Origin: Eubacteriales bacterium
Lineage (GTDB): Bacteria; Bacillota; Clostridia; Oscillospirales; CAG-272
Length of the DNA stretch: 64,000 nucleotides
Reading direction: 5' to 3'
Assembly (NCBI GenBank): GCA_045644805.1
Contig: JAZRHO010000036.1
Span: 2,504 to 66,503, forward strand
Shown in pieces: positions 1 through 9,226 of this stretch. A program made the position numbers and the translations under genes. Every line of letters starts with the position of its first letter. Position 1 is the first letter of the stretch. The notes beneath the pieces were generated by a model. That model was not told the origin of the DNA. It was given only the letters and a program-made list of their open reading frames with translations, and made no database searches.

Positions 1-1157
1 GTCACAATATAATGAGAGCCGTCAGAAGCAAGCTTGTATTCAAGTCCGAGGCTGTACTCGGTATCGCCGCACAGAACGCACTCCCCTCCGATATAGGAGT
101 GACCGGTTGCCTCATTTGTGTCCTCGGTATAGGAATGAGCGCATATGGCACATGTATAAGTAATATGTCCGTTTTCCGTACAGGTAGGCTCGGTTTCCGT
201 CTCGACACTGCCACACGTTTCGGTATAAGAATAATCGCAATGCTCACACCGTGAGATGTGTTCACCGTTTCCTAAGTATGCATAATCTCCCATGGAGTGA
301 CCGCGAGCCTCTGTATCAAGACCCTCAAACGCTTCACACCGGGAGCACTCTCTTTTCATAAATCCCGATTCGGTGCAGGCAGGCTCGACTTCCGTATGCC
401 ACTCTCCGAAATCATGGCCGAGCGCGTCATGAATTTCGGTATAATTCGCACCGCACACACCGCAGGTATGTACCGTATAACCGGCGCTCTCGCAATCAGG
501 CTCTTTTTTCTCCGTATTATAATCATGAGGCAGCTTATCTATATGCTTTGTAATCAGCACCTCCGAGCAGACCGTGCATTCACGGTATTCCACTCCCTTC
601 GCAGAACAGGATACCTCCGTATGGGTTATCCACCCCGAATATACGTGAGTGTGAGACGTGACGTCTTGCGTCTGTTCGCCCTGCAGGTTGTTATCCGCAT
701 TTGGGGTTTCCGATTCGTTTTGCTCCTCCCCAACTCCGTCATCAGGCTTTGCGCTGTCCGAGCCGTCTTTACCCGAGTTATCTTCATTCGGTGAAATGTT
801 TGGAGTGACAGTGCTATCCGTGTCGGGTTTTTGCAGGATATCAGGATTTTCCACGCTGTCTTCGTGGATATTATTATCATATGCAGTCCACTTTGCGTAA
901 ACTGTAATATTTTCATTTAGCGAATCGTTACTATTCCACTTCTCCTCACCTCGGTACCAGCCATCAAAAACATATCCTGCCTTTTGCGGGTCTTCGGGAG
1001 AGCTTACACAGTCTCCCTCTTCTGCATATGCGACGCAGTAAAATTTTCCGTCAACCATAAAAACGACGGCATACTCCGCCCGCTCAGACTCGCACGATGC
1101 AAAGAATGTGAAAACGATACATAAAAGTAAAGAAAGCAATAACGATTTTTTCCTCAT
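1..1157 (-). CDS. Exported lipoprotein with its C-terminus cut by the window edge: signal peptide, Listeria-Bacteroides (Flg_new-like) repeat, acidic linker, then Cys/His-rich modules
   Basis: Absent from the ORF track because it has no stop inside the window. Hand translation of the minus strand from ATG 1157-1155 stays open to base 1: MRKKSLLLSLLLCIVFTFFASCESERAEYAVVFMVDGKFY..AGYVFDGWYRGEEKW..NITVYAKW.. The lipobox-like motif is FFASC. Repeated units follow, such as LPHDYNTEKKEPDCESAGYTVHTCGVCG, ALGHDFGEWHTEVEPACTESGFMKRECSRCE and ATGHSYIGGECVLCG. Confidence 0.8.
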   Translation of the reverse strand, partial: MRKKSLLLSLLLCIVFTFFASCESERAEYAVVFMVDGKFYCVAYAEEGDCVSSPEDPQKAGYVFDGWYRGEEKWNSNDSLNENITVYAKWTAYDNNIHEDSVENPDILQKPDTDSTVTPNISPNEDNSGKDGSDSAKPDDGVGEEQNESETPNADNNLQGEQTQDVTSHTHVYSGWITHTEVSCSAKGVEYRECTVCSEVLITKHIDKLPHDYNTEKKEPDCESAGYTVHTCGVCGANYTEIHDALGHDFGEWHTEVEPACTESGFMKRECSRCEAFEGLDTEARGHSMGDYAYLGNGEHISRCEHCDYSYTETCGSVETETEPTCTENGHITYTCAICAHSYTEDTNEATGHSYIGGECVLCGDTEYSLGLEYKLASDGSHYIV

Positions 1158-1302
1158 CCGAACTCCAATAAAAAACATTCTGCGCAAGCAAATTGTAATT
1201 TACCAGAATTATAGCATAAATTTACGTAGATTACAATATTTAAACAAAAAAATGACCAAGTGATTTATTTTTCACCTCTTGATACCGATATTTCGCCCTC
1301 CT

Positions 1303-2865
1303 TCAAAGCAAGGGAGCGAAAATTCTTATCATATCGCGTATAACCTTTTGCGAGAAGGTAAGCTTGCAATCGCAGGCAAGCATTTCCTCGCATACTCGCT
1401 GGGTTTCCATAAAGCTGTCTCTTATGTCAAGCACAACAGGATCTCGGAATATCCAAGCACCGTCCTCAAAATGATGAACAAGGCTTCGGTAATCGAAATT
1501 TATCGTTCCGACCATAGCATACAAATCATCGCATACGACCAACTTTTCGTGAATAAAGCCAGGAGAGTATTCAAATATTCTGACTCCGCCCTCAAGAAGA
1601 TACGGATAAGAGCTTTTTGTCATTATTTTGATTATCCTTTTATCGGCAGTATTCGGGGTAATTATCCTTACGTCTACACCTCGTTTTGCCGCTGAACGCA
1701 ATGCTTCCGTAAGGTCGTAATCAATGATAAGATAGGGTGTAGTTATATAAAGATAACGTTCAGAGGTGTTTATTATGTTCATAAGTACGTTTTTGCCGAC
1801 GGGCGCTCGGTATGCGGGATAAGGACCGCTTCCGAACGGAATAAGATAACCCGACTCTAGGCTCTTTTCGCTCTTTTTGCTGACGGGCGGCAAAAAGAAG
1901 GAATAGTCGCTGATTTTCCGCGATGTCATATCATAAAGAACAAGGAACAAACGCGTAAAGCCTCTTGCCGCATCGCCTTTAACCTTTATACCGCCGTCCT
2001 TCCAATGACCGAAGCGTCGGCGCTCGTTGATGTATTCATCCGCAATGTTCACTCCGCCGGTAAACGCTACCACACCGTCAATAACGCATATTTTTCTGTG
2101 ATCTCGGTTGTTATGCGATGAGGTAAGCTTAGGTGTTACCTTTGCGAAGCGATGGCATTCGATTCCCTTTGCTGCAAGCTCCTTACAAAACGAAGAAGGA
2201 AGCGTGCTCATACATCCTATATCATCGTAAAGTATTCTTACCGTAACGCCCGCTTTAACCTTTTGTTCAAGTATTTTCAAAATACTTCTCCACATTACCC
2301 CGTCTTCAATTATGAAGTATTCAAGGAATATAAACCTCTCCGCTCTCGAAAGCTCTGTGAGCATATCTGCAAAAATAGACTCTCCGGTACTGTAATAAGT
2401 TGACACGCATCCGGTGAAAACCCCCGCAAGCCTATCGTCAGAAAGGAGAGATAGCGCGCTTCCACCGCCTCTTTTAGACAGCTCCGAAAGCTCTCCGAGG
2501 CACTTGACAGACCTCTCGCTCTCACCGCATATGCGCTCGTTCTCTTCCATTTTTTCTATCATTTGATAAAGGAACTCCGCCTCACCACGCCTTAAGCGTC
2601 TATGATAGAAAATTATATAAAGAGCTCCGCCAAAAAGCGGAAGCAGGAGCACTGCCGCAAGCCACGGAATTTTAAATTCGGGATTTGTATCTCTGTTTAT
2701 AATGCTGACGAAAACCAAAAGATTTATAAAGCCCGACGCTATAACGATTATCCACGAATACGAATAAGCATAAAACGCCATCAGCGCAAGCAGTATAAGG
2801 TCGGCAAGAATAAAAAGGGCGCACAGCGCATACCGCGAAAACAGTACTCTTAAAAATTTACGCAT
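1303..2865 (-). CDS. cls: Cardiolipin synthase (phospholipase D superfamily)
   Basis: 520-aa ORF with N-terminal TM helices and two HKD motifs (HRKICVIDG and HEKLVVCDD). Confidence 0.9.
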   Translation of the reverse strand: MRKFLRVLFSRYALCALFILADLILLALMAFYAYSYSWIIVIASGFINLLVFVSIINRDTNPEFKIPWLAAVLLLPLFGGALYIIFYHRRLRRGEAEFLYQMIEKMEENERICGESERSVKCLGELSELSKRGGGSALSLLSDDRLAGVFTGCVSTYYSTGESIFADMLTELSRAERFIFLEYFIIEDGVMWRSILKILEQKVKAGVTVRILYDDIGCMSTLPSSFCKELAAKGIECHRFAKVTPKLTSSHNNRDHRKICVIDGVVAFTGGVNIADEYINERRRFGHWKDGGIKVKGDAARGFTRLFLVLYDMTSRKISDYSFFLPPVSKKSEKSLESGYLIPFGSGPYPAYRAPVGKNVLMNIINTSERYLYITTPYLIIDYDLTEALRSAAKRGVDVRIITPNTADKRIIKIMTKSSYPYLLEGGVRIFEYSPGFIHEKLVVCDDLYAMVGTINFDYRSLVHHFEDGAWIFRDPVVLDIRDSFMETQRVCEEMLACDCKLTFSQKVIRDMIRIFAPLL

Positions 2866-2896
2866 TCAAGCTCCTCCTTTTTAGGTCAAATTACAG

Positions 2897-2948
2897 TATA
2901 AAAATCGGCTTCGGAAGCCATGCAAATAAAGTCACTCCCGAAGCCGAT
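2897..2948 (-). terminator. Rho-independent terminator after pyk
   Basis: 11-bp arms ATCGGCTTCGG (2904-2914) and CCGAAGCCGAT (2938-2948). A T-run follows on the minus strand. Confidence 0.6.
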
Positions 2949-2971
2949 TATGAATTTAATATAAGTCTTGA

Positions 2972-4393
2972 TTAAGGCACTATCTGCACCTTGAGAAGAT
3001 TTGTAGTTCCCGAAAGATTTACCGGCGCACCCGCTGTTATAATTACCTTTTCACCGGGGTTTGCAAGTCCAAGCTGCTTTGCGCAGTCTATCGCGTGAAC
3101 AAAGAGCGTCTCGGTATCCTTCTGCATAAGAGAAAGCACGGGAATCACTCCCCACGAGAGCGAGAGCTGATGGAAGGTCTTCTCTTCGGGCGTTGCCGCG
3201 ATGATAGGCTGCGAGGGACGGAATTTAGACATACGTCTTGCAGTAAGTCCCGATTTTGTTACCGCTACTATAAGGTCCGCATTAAGATCCCTCGCGGTGG
3301 TAACCGCCGCATCGCAAACCGCATTCGTTATATCGAGCTTTTCATTATCGTACACGAGATTTGAATAAACCTTGAGCACGTTGGCGTCGCTCTCAGCCTG
3401 CTCCGCTATTCTAGCCATTACTCTTACAACAAGGTCGGGATTGTCTCCCGCAGCGGTCTCGCCCGAGAGCATTACCGCGCTCGTTCCGTCAAAAACAGCA
3501 TTCGCAACGTCGGTTATTTCGGCTCTGGTAGGCGTTGTTGAATGTATCATTGATTCAAGCATCTGCGTCGCGGTTATGACCATTTTACCCGAGCTGTAGC
3601 ACCTTCTTATAAAGCGCTTCTGTATACCGGGAAGCTTTTCAAACGCTATCTCAACTCCCATATCTCCGCGCGCTACCATGATTCCGTCGGACACCGAGAG
3701 AATGTCCTCAAAATTCTCGACACCCTCCATATTTTCGATTTTTGCTATTATTTTTATCCTGTGACCGCCGTGATAATCAAGAAATCTGCGAAGCTCTGTT
3801 ACGTTATCCTTGCATCTGACAAATGACGCGGCTATAAAGTCAACGCCCTCGCGGATTCCAAAGAGAAGGTCCTCTTCGTCCTTCTTGCTTATATACGGCA
3901 TATCTATCGAGGTATTGGGAATATTTATGCTCTTGTGGTCAGAGATATATCCGCCAACCTCAACGCGGCATATAATATCAGTATCCGTGCTATCTTCGGC
4001 AACGAGAGCTACCTTACCGTCATCAACAAGTATTCTCGTTCCGGGAGCTATCTGACCTATAAGAGGAGGAAATGTTATTTTTCCTTCGCTTGAATTTCCC
4101 AGCACGTCTCTTGACGTAAGCGCAAATTTTGAGCCACGTGTAACTCTTACGCGTCCGCCGTCAAAATCGCAAAAACGTATTTCCGGTCCTTTTGTATCAA
4201 GCAAGACCGCGGCAGGCATTTTTAATTTATCTCTTACCGAACGAAATCTGTCTATAAGTTCCTTATGGTAGTCATGAGTTCCGTGAGAAAAATTGAATCT
4301 GGCAACGTTCATTCCCGAACGAAGCATTTTTTCCATCATTTCGGCACTGCTGCACGCAGGTCCGATAGTACAAACGATTTTAGTCTTACGCAT
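2972..4393 (-). CDS. pyk: Pyruvate kinase
   Basis: 473-aa ORF starting MRKTKIVCTIGPA, with the MVARGDMGVEI motif typical of pyruvate kinase. Confidence 0.95.
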   Translation of the reverse strand: MRKTKIVCTIGPACSSAEMMEKMLRSGMNVARFNFSHGTHDYHKELIDRFRSVRDKLKMPAAVLLDTKGPEIRFCDFDGGRVRVTRGSKFALTSRDVLGNSSEGKITFPPLIGQIAPGTRILVDDGKVALVAEDSTDTDIICRVEVGGYISDHKSINIPNTSIDMPYISKKDEEDLLFGIREGVDFIAASFVRCKDNVTELRRFLDYHGGHRIKIIAKIENMEGVENFEDILSVSDGIMVARGDMGVEIAFEKLPGIQKRFIRRCYSSGKMVITATQMLESMIHSTTPTRAEITDVANAVFDGTSAVMLSGETAAGDNPDLVVRVMARIAEQAESDANVLKVYSNLVYDNEKLDITNAVCDAAVTTARDLNADLIVAVTKSGLTARRMSKFRPSQPIIAATPEEKTFHQLSLSWGVIPVLSLMQKDTETLFVHAIDCAKQLGLANPGEKVIITAGAPVNLSGTTNLLKVQIVP

Positions 4394-4572
4394 TTTCTTA
4401 TCCCTTTTAATTTTTTAACTTACATAATAATCTTGCCCTTACGGCAAAATAAAACAACTATGTTTTTTAGGAATTTTTCAAAAACTCCCACGATAATATT
4501 TTACCACACATATTTCTTTTTTTCAAGCGTTTCTCAAAATAATACAATAAAAAGAAAGGAAATAGAAAAAGC

Positions 4573-5919
4573 ATGATTTTCACAAGAGAAAAAAAGTTCT
4601 ACAAGCAGCTTTTATCTCTCGCGCTTCCGATGGCACTAGGAAATCTTGTTACCTTTTTAATCACACTTACGGACAGCATAATGATAGGCAGGCTCGGTGA
4701 CAGCGCGACCTCAGCCGTTTATATCGGCGGAACGGTAGCGACGCTTCTTTCCATGTTCATCACGGGTATTGAGGGCGGCATAACCGTAGGCGCGTGCCGC
4801 AGCTGGGGAAAGGGTGATAAGGACGAGGTGCGCCGCATCATAAGCATAGGAACACTCTTTATTGTAATCTTCGGAGTCGCTGTTACAGCAGTCTCCTTTT
4901 TCTTCCCCGGGGCAATAGTATCACTTTTCTTAAAAGGTGGCGCACTGACAGACGGCAGCTCTTATCTGCGCATCCTTTCCCTTTCTTTTCCTCTTTATTG
5001 CCTTTCAGGCGCTTTAAGCTCGTCAATGCGCGCAGTTGAGTCACCAAAAATCGGAACGTTCGCCTCCGCCGCAGCATTCTTAATCAATCTTGTTTTAGAC
5101 TATTTGCTCATATTTGGTAAATTCGGGTTTACAAAAATGGGCATTATCGGTGCGGCGATAGCTACAATAGCCGCAAGAGCCACAGAAGCTATCATACTAT
5201 CTATATACGTTTTCTTCGTTGATAAAAGGCTCCGGCTCCGTCCCGCCTCATTTCTTTGCTTTGACAGACAGACCACGATATCCTTCACAAAATATACAGC
5301 ACCAATAGTCGGGGGTCAGTTGGTATGGATGGCAAACACTTTTTTCTCCTCCTTCATCTTCGGAAAACTTGACACGGATGCGCTCATGGCGGGGTTGGCA
5401 GTAGCAAACACCTTAAATTCACTTTCGTATATCGTAATGAACGGTCTATCGGGAGCTACGGGTATTATAATCGGCAAAACCATAGGAGAAGGACGGCTTG
5501 ATAAAATACGCCCGTATTCTTACACGGTTCAGATTCTTTTTATAATTCTCGGAATTATTACCTCTATAATTCTTCACCTCTTGAAAATGCCCTTCATATC
5601 GCTTTACAACATATCCGAAGAAGCGGCGGCCGCGGCTCGCTCGCTGATAAACGTTCTATCGGTTACTATAATAGGAACCTCATATCAGGCGGCATCTCTT
5701 TTCGGACTTGTGAAAAGCGGCGGAGACGTAAGCTTTATACTCAAAAACGATGCCTTCTTCATATTCTGCCTGGTAATTCCCCTATCCCTCTTAGCACTTA
5801 ATCTCGGCGCGCCCGTATGGCTCATATTCCTCGCTCTGAAATCCGACCAAATACTGAAATGCATCCCCGCCGCTATAAAAATAAATCGCTTTAATTGGAT
5901 AAAAAGGCTACCCGAATAG
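4573..5919 (+). CDS. MATE-family efflux transporter
   Basis: 448-aa polytopic membrane ORF with a MATE-like N-terminus (FYKQLLSLALPMALGNLVTFLITLTDSIMIGRLG). Confidence 0.85.
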   Translation: MIFTREKKFYKQLLSLALPMALGNLVTFLITLTDSIMIGRLGDSATSAVYIGGTVATLLSMFITGIEGGITVGACRSWGKGDKDEVRRIISIGTLFIVIFGVAVTAVSFFFPGAIVSLFLKGGALTDGSSYLRILSLSFPLYCLSGALSSSMRAVESPKIGTFASAAAFLINLVLDYLLIFGKFGFTKMGIIGAAIATIAARATEAIILSIYVFFVDKRLRLRPASFLCFDRQTTISFTKYTAPIVGGQLVWMANTFFSSFIFGKLDTDALMAGLAVANTLNSLSYIVMNGLSGATGIIIGKTIGEGRLDKIRPYSYTVQILFIILGIITSIILHLLKMPFISLYNISEEAAAAARSLINVLSVTIIGTSYQAASLFGLVKSGGDVSFILKNDAFFIFCLVIPLSLLALNLGAPVWLIFLALKSDQILKCIPAAIKINRFNWIKRLPE

Positions 5920-5925
5920 AAACTT

Positions 5926-6456
5926 TTAGAGTTTCCCATGCTCTTTCGCCATTTTCAGAATTGCCGAATAGTGATTTGGATTATACTCAACCTGCTGTGA
6001 AATTATAAGGCATTCAAGCCGTTGTATATAAAAATCCGTATCGTTGTATCCAAGCTTCTGTATCAGGTCCTCATATTGCGAAAATGTCAGATTCACCTTT
6101 TCAAACCGCCCATACGCTCCGTAACAATGCTCAAACTCCTCGCGCTCTTCGGATTTTTCTTTTTTTCCCTCAATTACGCTCAGATTAACTCTGTAGCTGG
6201 GGAGCTTTCTATTTTCACTGCTGCCGTTTCTTATTATCAACCTCCGCGAAAGTAACGAGCCCATTATTTTGTATACCGACGAAATGCTTATTCCAAGTCT
6301 GTTAGCAACGTATTCCTTCGATGCAAAAAATTCACCTATACCGTCTTTTGAAAATGAGTATATCAGGGCATAAAGTATCAGATCATTTCCGGTAAGCTTC
6401 AGCTTCTCTACCATAAAATTCTCAAGTATAATTGTTTTTCTTTTGTTTTTATTCAT
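5926..6456 (-). CDS. Winged-HTH (HTH_36-like) protein with a DnaD/replisome-organiser-like C-terminal region
   Basis: 176-aa ORF. The N-terminus LILYALIYSFSKDGIGEFFASKEYVANRLGISISSVYKIMGSLLSRRLI resembles plasmid/phage replication-associated wHTH proteins. The C-terminus VNLTFSQYEDLIQKLG..YIQRLECLI..NHYSAILKMAKE resembles DnaD-type domains. This is recognition from memory, not a search. The gene is visibly lower in GC than its neighbours. Confidence 0.5.
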   Translation of the reverse strand: MNKNKRKTIILENFMVEKLKLTGNDLILYALIYSFSKDGIGEFFASKEYVANRLGISISSVYKIMGSLLSRRLIIRNGSSENRKLPSYRVNLSVIEGKKEKSEEREEFEHCYGAYGRFEKVNLTFSQYEDLIQKLGYNDTDFYIQRLECLIISQQVEYNPNHYSAILKMAKEHGKL

Positions 6457-6646
6457 TCGTCAAAGCTCCGCTGATTTTTCTTAATTCAATTATAACTCAA
6501 AAAATTACTTTTGTAAGTAAAGTTAAATACAAAACTTTTCCCTTAAAACAGAATTTTATTATGCAAATTTCATAAAAACAAAATGAAAAAACATTGTAAA
6601 ACTCAAACAAGTATAAATTGCCTTTTAAGCAAGGGTAATCCTTTAG

Positions 6647-6665
6647 TTTTCCACATTGTGGATAA
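6647..6665. promoter_or_regulatory. Composite DnaA-box dyad 1 (TTTTCCACA-T-TGTGGATAA)
   Basis: TGTGGATAA at 6657-6665 is the exact reverse complement of the DnaA-box consensus TTATCCACA. TTTTCCACA at 6647-6655 is a one-mismatch box facing it. Confidence 0.5.
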
Positions 6666-6849
6666 TTTTCGTGTAAATTTTGAAAACTTAAGTTTTTTCA
6701 ATTCTTAAAACTAAAAAAGGGTGTGTAAAATTTGGAGGATAATATTAAAGTAGAGTAATAGTAAAGAGAATATAAAAACACTAAATCATAGATTCAATAA
6801 CCGCGCGTGCGCGAGGTAAGGCATGATTTTTTGCTTTTTGGAGGGAATT

Positions 6850-6868
6850 TTATCCACATTGTGGAAAA
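6850..6868. promoter_or_regulatory. Composite DnaA-box dyad 2 (TTATCCACA-T-TGTGGAAAA)
   Basis: Perfect TTATCCACA at 6850-6858 plus TGTGGAAAA at 6860-6868. It shares the core CCACATTGTGG with dyad 1, with the flanks swapped, and lies 203 bp away. Confidence 0.5.
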
Positions 6869-7003
6869 CTTGCCGATTTTATATACTTTCAAAAAACGAA
6901 GGCAATAACAGCATTTTAGTATTATATTCCGCTAAATAAGGATTACCGCATTGCCAATATAAAATATTTTTTTGATATTTTTAAATTTACTTTGATAAAG
7001 TAC

Positions 7004-7032
7004 TTGACAATCGCTTCTCTATGTTATATAAT
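7004..7032 (+). promoter_or_regulatory. Sigma-A type promoter of the citrate-synthase-like operon
   Basis: TTGACA (7004-7009), a 17-bp spacer, then TATAAT (7027-7032). Both hexamers match consensus. Confidence 0.6.
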
Positions 7033-7049
7033 ATTTTCATATTTTTAAG

Positions 7050-7069
7050 ATTGTATACAAGAATACAAT
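7050..7069. promoter_or_regulatory. Candidate GntR-type operator (overlapping dyads)
   Basis: TTGTATACAA (7051-7060) is a perfect palindrome fitting the GntR/FadR-type core t.GT...AC.a. A second dyad, ATTGTAT-N6-ATACAAT, spans 7050-7069. Both lie just downstream of the -10 hexamer. Confidence 0.4.
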
Positions 7070-7144
7070 TTTAATCCGATCGTTAACCGAGTTACTTTCG
7101 GAACAGCAAACAACACCCCGCGAAAAAAGAAAGGACAGCTCACT

Positions 7145-8533
7145 ATGATATTAAAGAGCCCAATCAGCAACCTGCTCGAACAGTCGCAGTATAAATACTC
7201 GCTTCAGGACGTGCAAGACCCCAATTTATACCGCGATATATATCCGTATGAGGAGATACCGAAAATCGCGTTCAACCACCGCCGCGTTCCTCTCAACATG
7301 CCTGAGAACGTCTGGATAACGGACACGACCTTCCGCGACGGTCAGCAATCTCGTGCGCCTTATACTCCAAAGCAGATAGTTGACCTTTATAAAATGCTCT
7401 CAAGGCTCGGGGGTCCTAACGGACTTATCCGTCAGAGCGAATTCTTTGTTTACACAAAAAAGGACCGCCAGGCGGTTGAGGAATGTATGACTCTGGGATA
7501 CGAGTTCCCCGAAATAACCACCTGGATAAGAGCAAAAAAAGAAGACTTTGCTTTAGTAAAGGATATAGGTATAAAGGAAACGGGTATTCTCGTCAGCTGC
7601 TCGGATTATCATATATTCAAAAAGCTCGGCATGTCCCGCTCTGAGGCTCTTAACCATTATTTGACGGTAGTAAGGTCTGCCTTTGAAGCCGGAATACGCC
7701 CCCGCTGCCACCTTGAGGATATCACACGGGCTGATTTCTACGGCTTCGTAGTTCCGTTTGTAAACGAGCTTACCGAGCTCTCGCGCGAGGCGAAAATACC
7801 TGTCAAAATCAGAATGTGCGACACTATGGGCTACGGAGTACCCTATCCCGGCGTTGCCCTTCCCCGAAGCGTACCCGGTATCGTTTACGGTCTTCACCAC
7901 TATTCCGACGTTACCTCCGATATGCTTGAATGGCACGGACACAATGACTTCTACAAGGGTGTTGCAAACGCAACCTCTGCTTGGCTTTACGGTGCGGCAG
8001 CTGTCAACTGCTCGCTGCTCGGCATAGGCGAAAGGACAGGAAACGTTCCTCTTGAGGCTATGGTTATAGAATACGCTTCATTAAAGGGCACGCTTGACGG
8101 CATGGACCCCACGGTTATAACGGAAATTGCAAATTATTACAAAGACGAGCTCAAGTATGATATTCCTCCCATGACTCCGTTCGTGGGTTCAAGCTTCAAT
8201 ATGACCCGCGCGGGAATACACGCTGACGGGCTCATGAAGGACGCTGAAATTTACAACATATTTGACACGGAAAAGATACTCGCGCGTCCTGCCGAGGTTT
8301 CTATATCAAACACTTCAGGCCTTGCGGGAATTGCATACTGGATGAACAGCAATTACAAGCTTACAGGCGACAATATGCTCACCAAGCACGACAAGATAAT
8401 TATGGCAATGAAGGAAGAGATTGACCGCGCATACGAAGACGGAAGAACGACTATAATGGCAGGCTATGAGCTTGAAGAGATTGCAGAAAGAGTCTCTCTC
8501 GGAGTCTTCAAGGCCAAGAAAGGATATGTGTAA
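7145..8533 (+). CDS. Homocitrate/isopropylmalate synthase-family enzyme, probably Re-face citrate synthase
   Basis: 462-aa ORF with HMGL-like motifs ITDTTFRDGQQS and HGHNDFYKGVANA. It is followed by aconitase and an isocitrate-type dehydrogenase, as in the Clostridium Re-citrate synthase clusters. Confidence 0.75.
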   Translation: MILKSPISNLLEQSQYKYSLQDVQDPNLYRDIYPYEEIPKIAFNHRRVPLNMPENVWITDTTFRDGQQSRAPYTPKQIVDLYKMLSRLGGPNGLIRQSEFFVYTKKDRQAVEECMTLGYEFPEITTWIRAKKEDFALVKDIGIKETGILVSCSDYHIFKKLGMSRSEALNHYLTVVRSAFEAGIRPRCHLEDITRADFYGFVVPFVNELTELSREAKIPVKIRMCDTMGYGVPYPGVALPRSVPGIVYGLHHYSDVTSDMLEWHGHNDFYKGVANATSAWLYGAAAVNCSLLGIGERTGNVPLEAMVIEYASLKGTLDGMDPTVITEIANYYKDELKYDIPPMTPFVGSSFNMTRAGIHADGLMKDAEIYNIFDTEKILARPAEVSISNTSGLAGIAYWMNSNYKLTGDNMLTKHDKIIMAMKEEIDRAYEDGRTTIMAGYELEEIAERVSLGVFKAKKGYV

Positions 8534-8534
8534 A

Positions 8535-9185
8535 ATGCCACAGGACAATTTGTCTTTGCCGCTTGAGGAAAGAGTCTATGCAAGGCTTGAGGAAGAGATA
8601 CTCACAGGAAAGCTCCGCCGCGGAGAGCAGCTTCGCGAGACCGCCCTTGCCGCAAGACTTGAGGTTAGCAGAACTCCCATAAGGAGCGCTCTTCACCGTC
8701 TGGCAGAGGAGGGGCTGGTTGAGCTTTGCGCAAATAAGGGCGCAAGCGTCGTCGGTATCGCAAACGAAGACATTGAGGATATCTACGCTATCCGAATCAG
8801 GCTTGAAGGTCTTGCCGCAAGGCTTGCCGCAGAGAGAATGAGCGCCGATGAAAAAGCCGAGCTATGCGCATCGGTAGAGCTTGCGGAGTTTTATCTCAAC
8901 AAAAACAGTGAGGAAAAGTGCGGAGAGCTTGATACCGAGTTTCACAGCATGATATTCAAGGCATCGGGTAGCCGCATGCTCTCAAAAATACTCTGCGACC
9001 TTCACAAAAATATAAAGGCTTACCGTAAGCTTTCTCTTTCAAGCTCGGCAAGGGCTAAAAGCTCAATATCGGAGCACAAGGAGATAGCACGGGCTATTTC
9101 AGACAGCAACGGAGACGAAGCCGAAAGGCTCACACAGATACATTTATCAGCTGCTCTTGAAAATTTAAAGAGTAAAATAGGTTAA
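8535..9185 (+). CDS. GntR-family transcriptional regulator (FCD-type C-terminal domain)
   Basis: Start set at ATG 8535, one base after the upstream TAA. The track ORF begins earlier, inside the upstream gene. The N-terminus is VYARLEEEILTGKLRRGEQLRETALAARLEVSRTPIRSALHRLAEEGLV. Confidence 0.85.
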   Translation: MPQDNLSLPLEERVYARLEEEILTGKLRRGEQLRETALAARLEVSRTPIRSALHRLAEEGLVELCANKGASVVGIANEDIEDIYAIRIRLEGLAARLAAERMSADEKAELCASVELAEFYLNKNSEEKCGELDTEFHSMIFKASGSRMLSKILCDLHKNIKAYRKLSLSSSARAKSSISEHKEIARAISDSNGDEAERLTQIHLSAALENLKSKIG

Positions 9186-9226
9186 AATGTAAATAAACAT
9201 TCTCATTTTTTAGGAGATAAAAGAAT

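Noticed and set aside
6823-6939. A 38-codon hydrophobic ORF (MIFCFLEGILSTLWKTCRF...) with a GAGGT-like RBS, inside the AT-rich spacer and spanning DnaA-box dyad 2.
   Set aside because: There is no homology I recognise, it overlaps the likely protein-binding site, and short ORFs are expected by chance in AT-rich DNA. I kept it only as a note.
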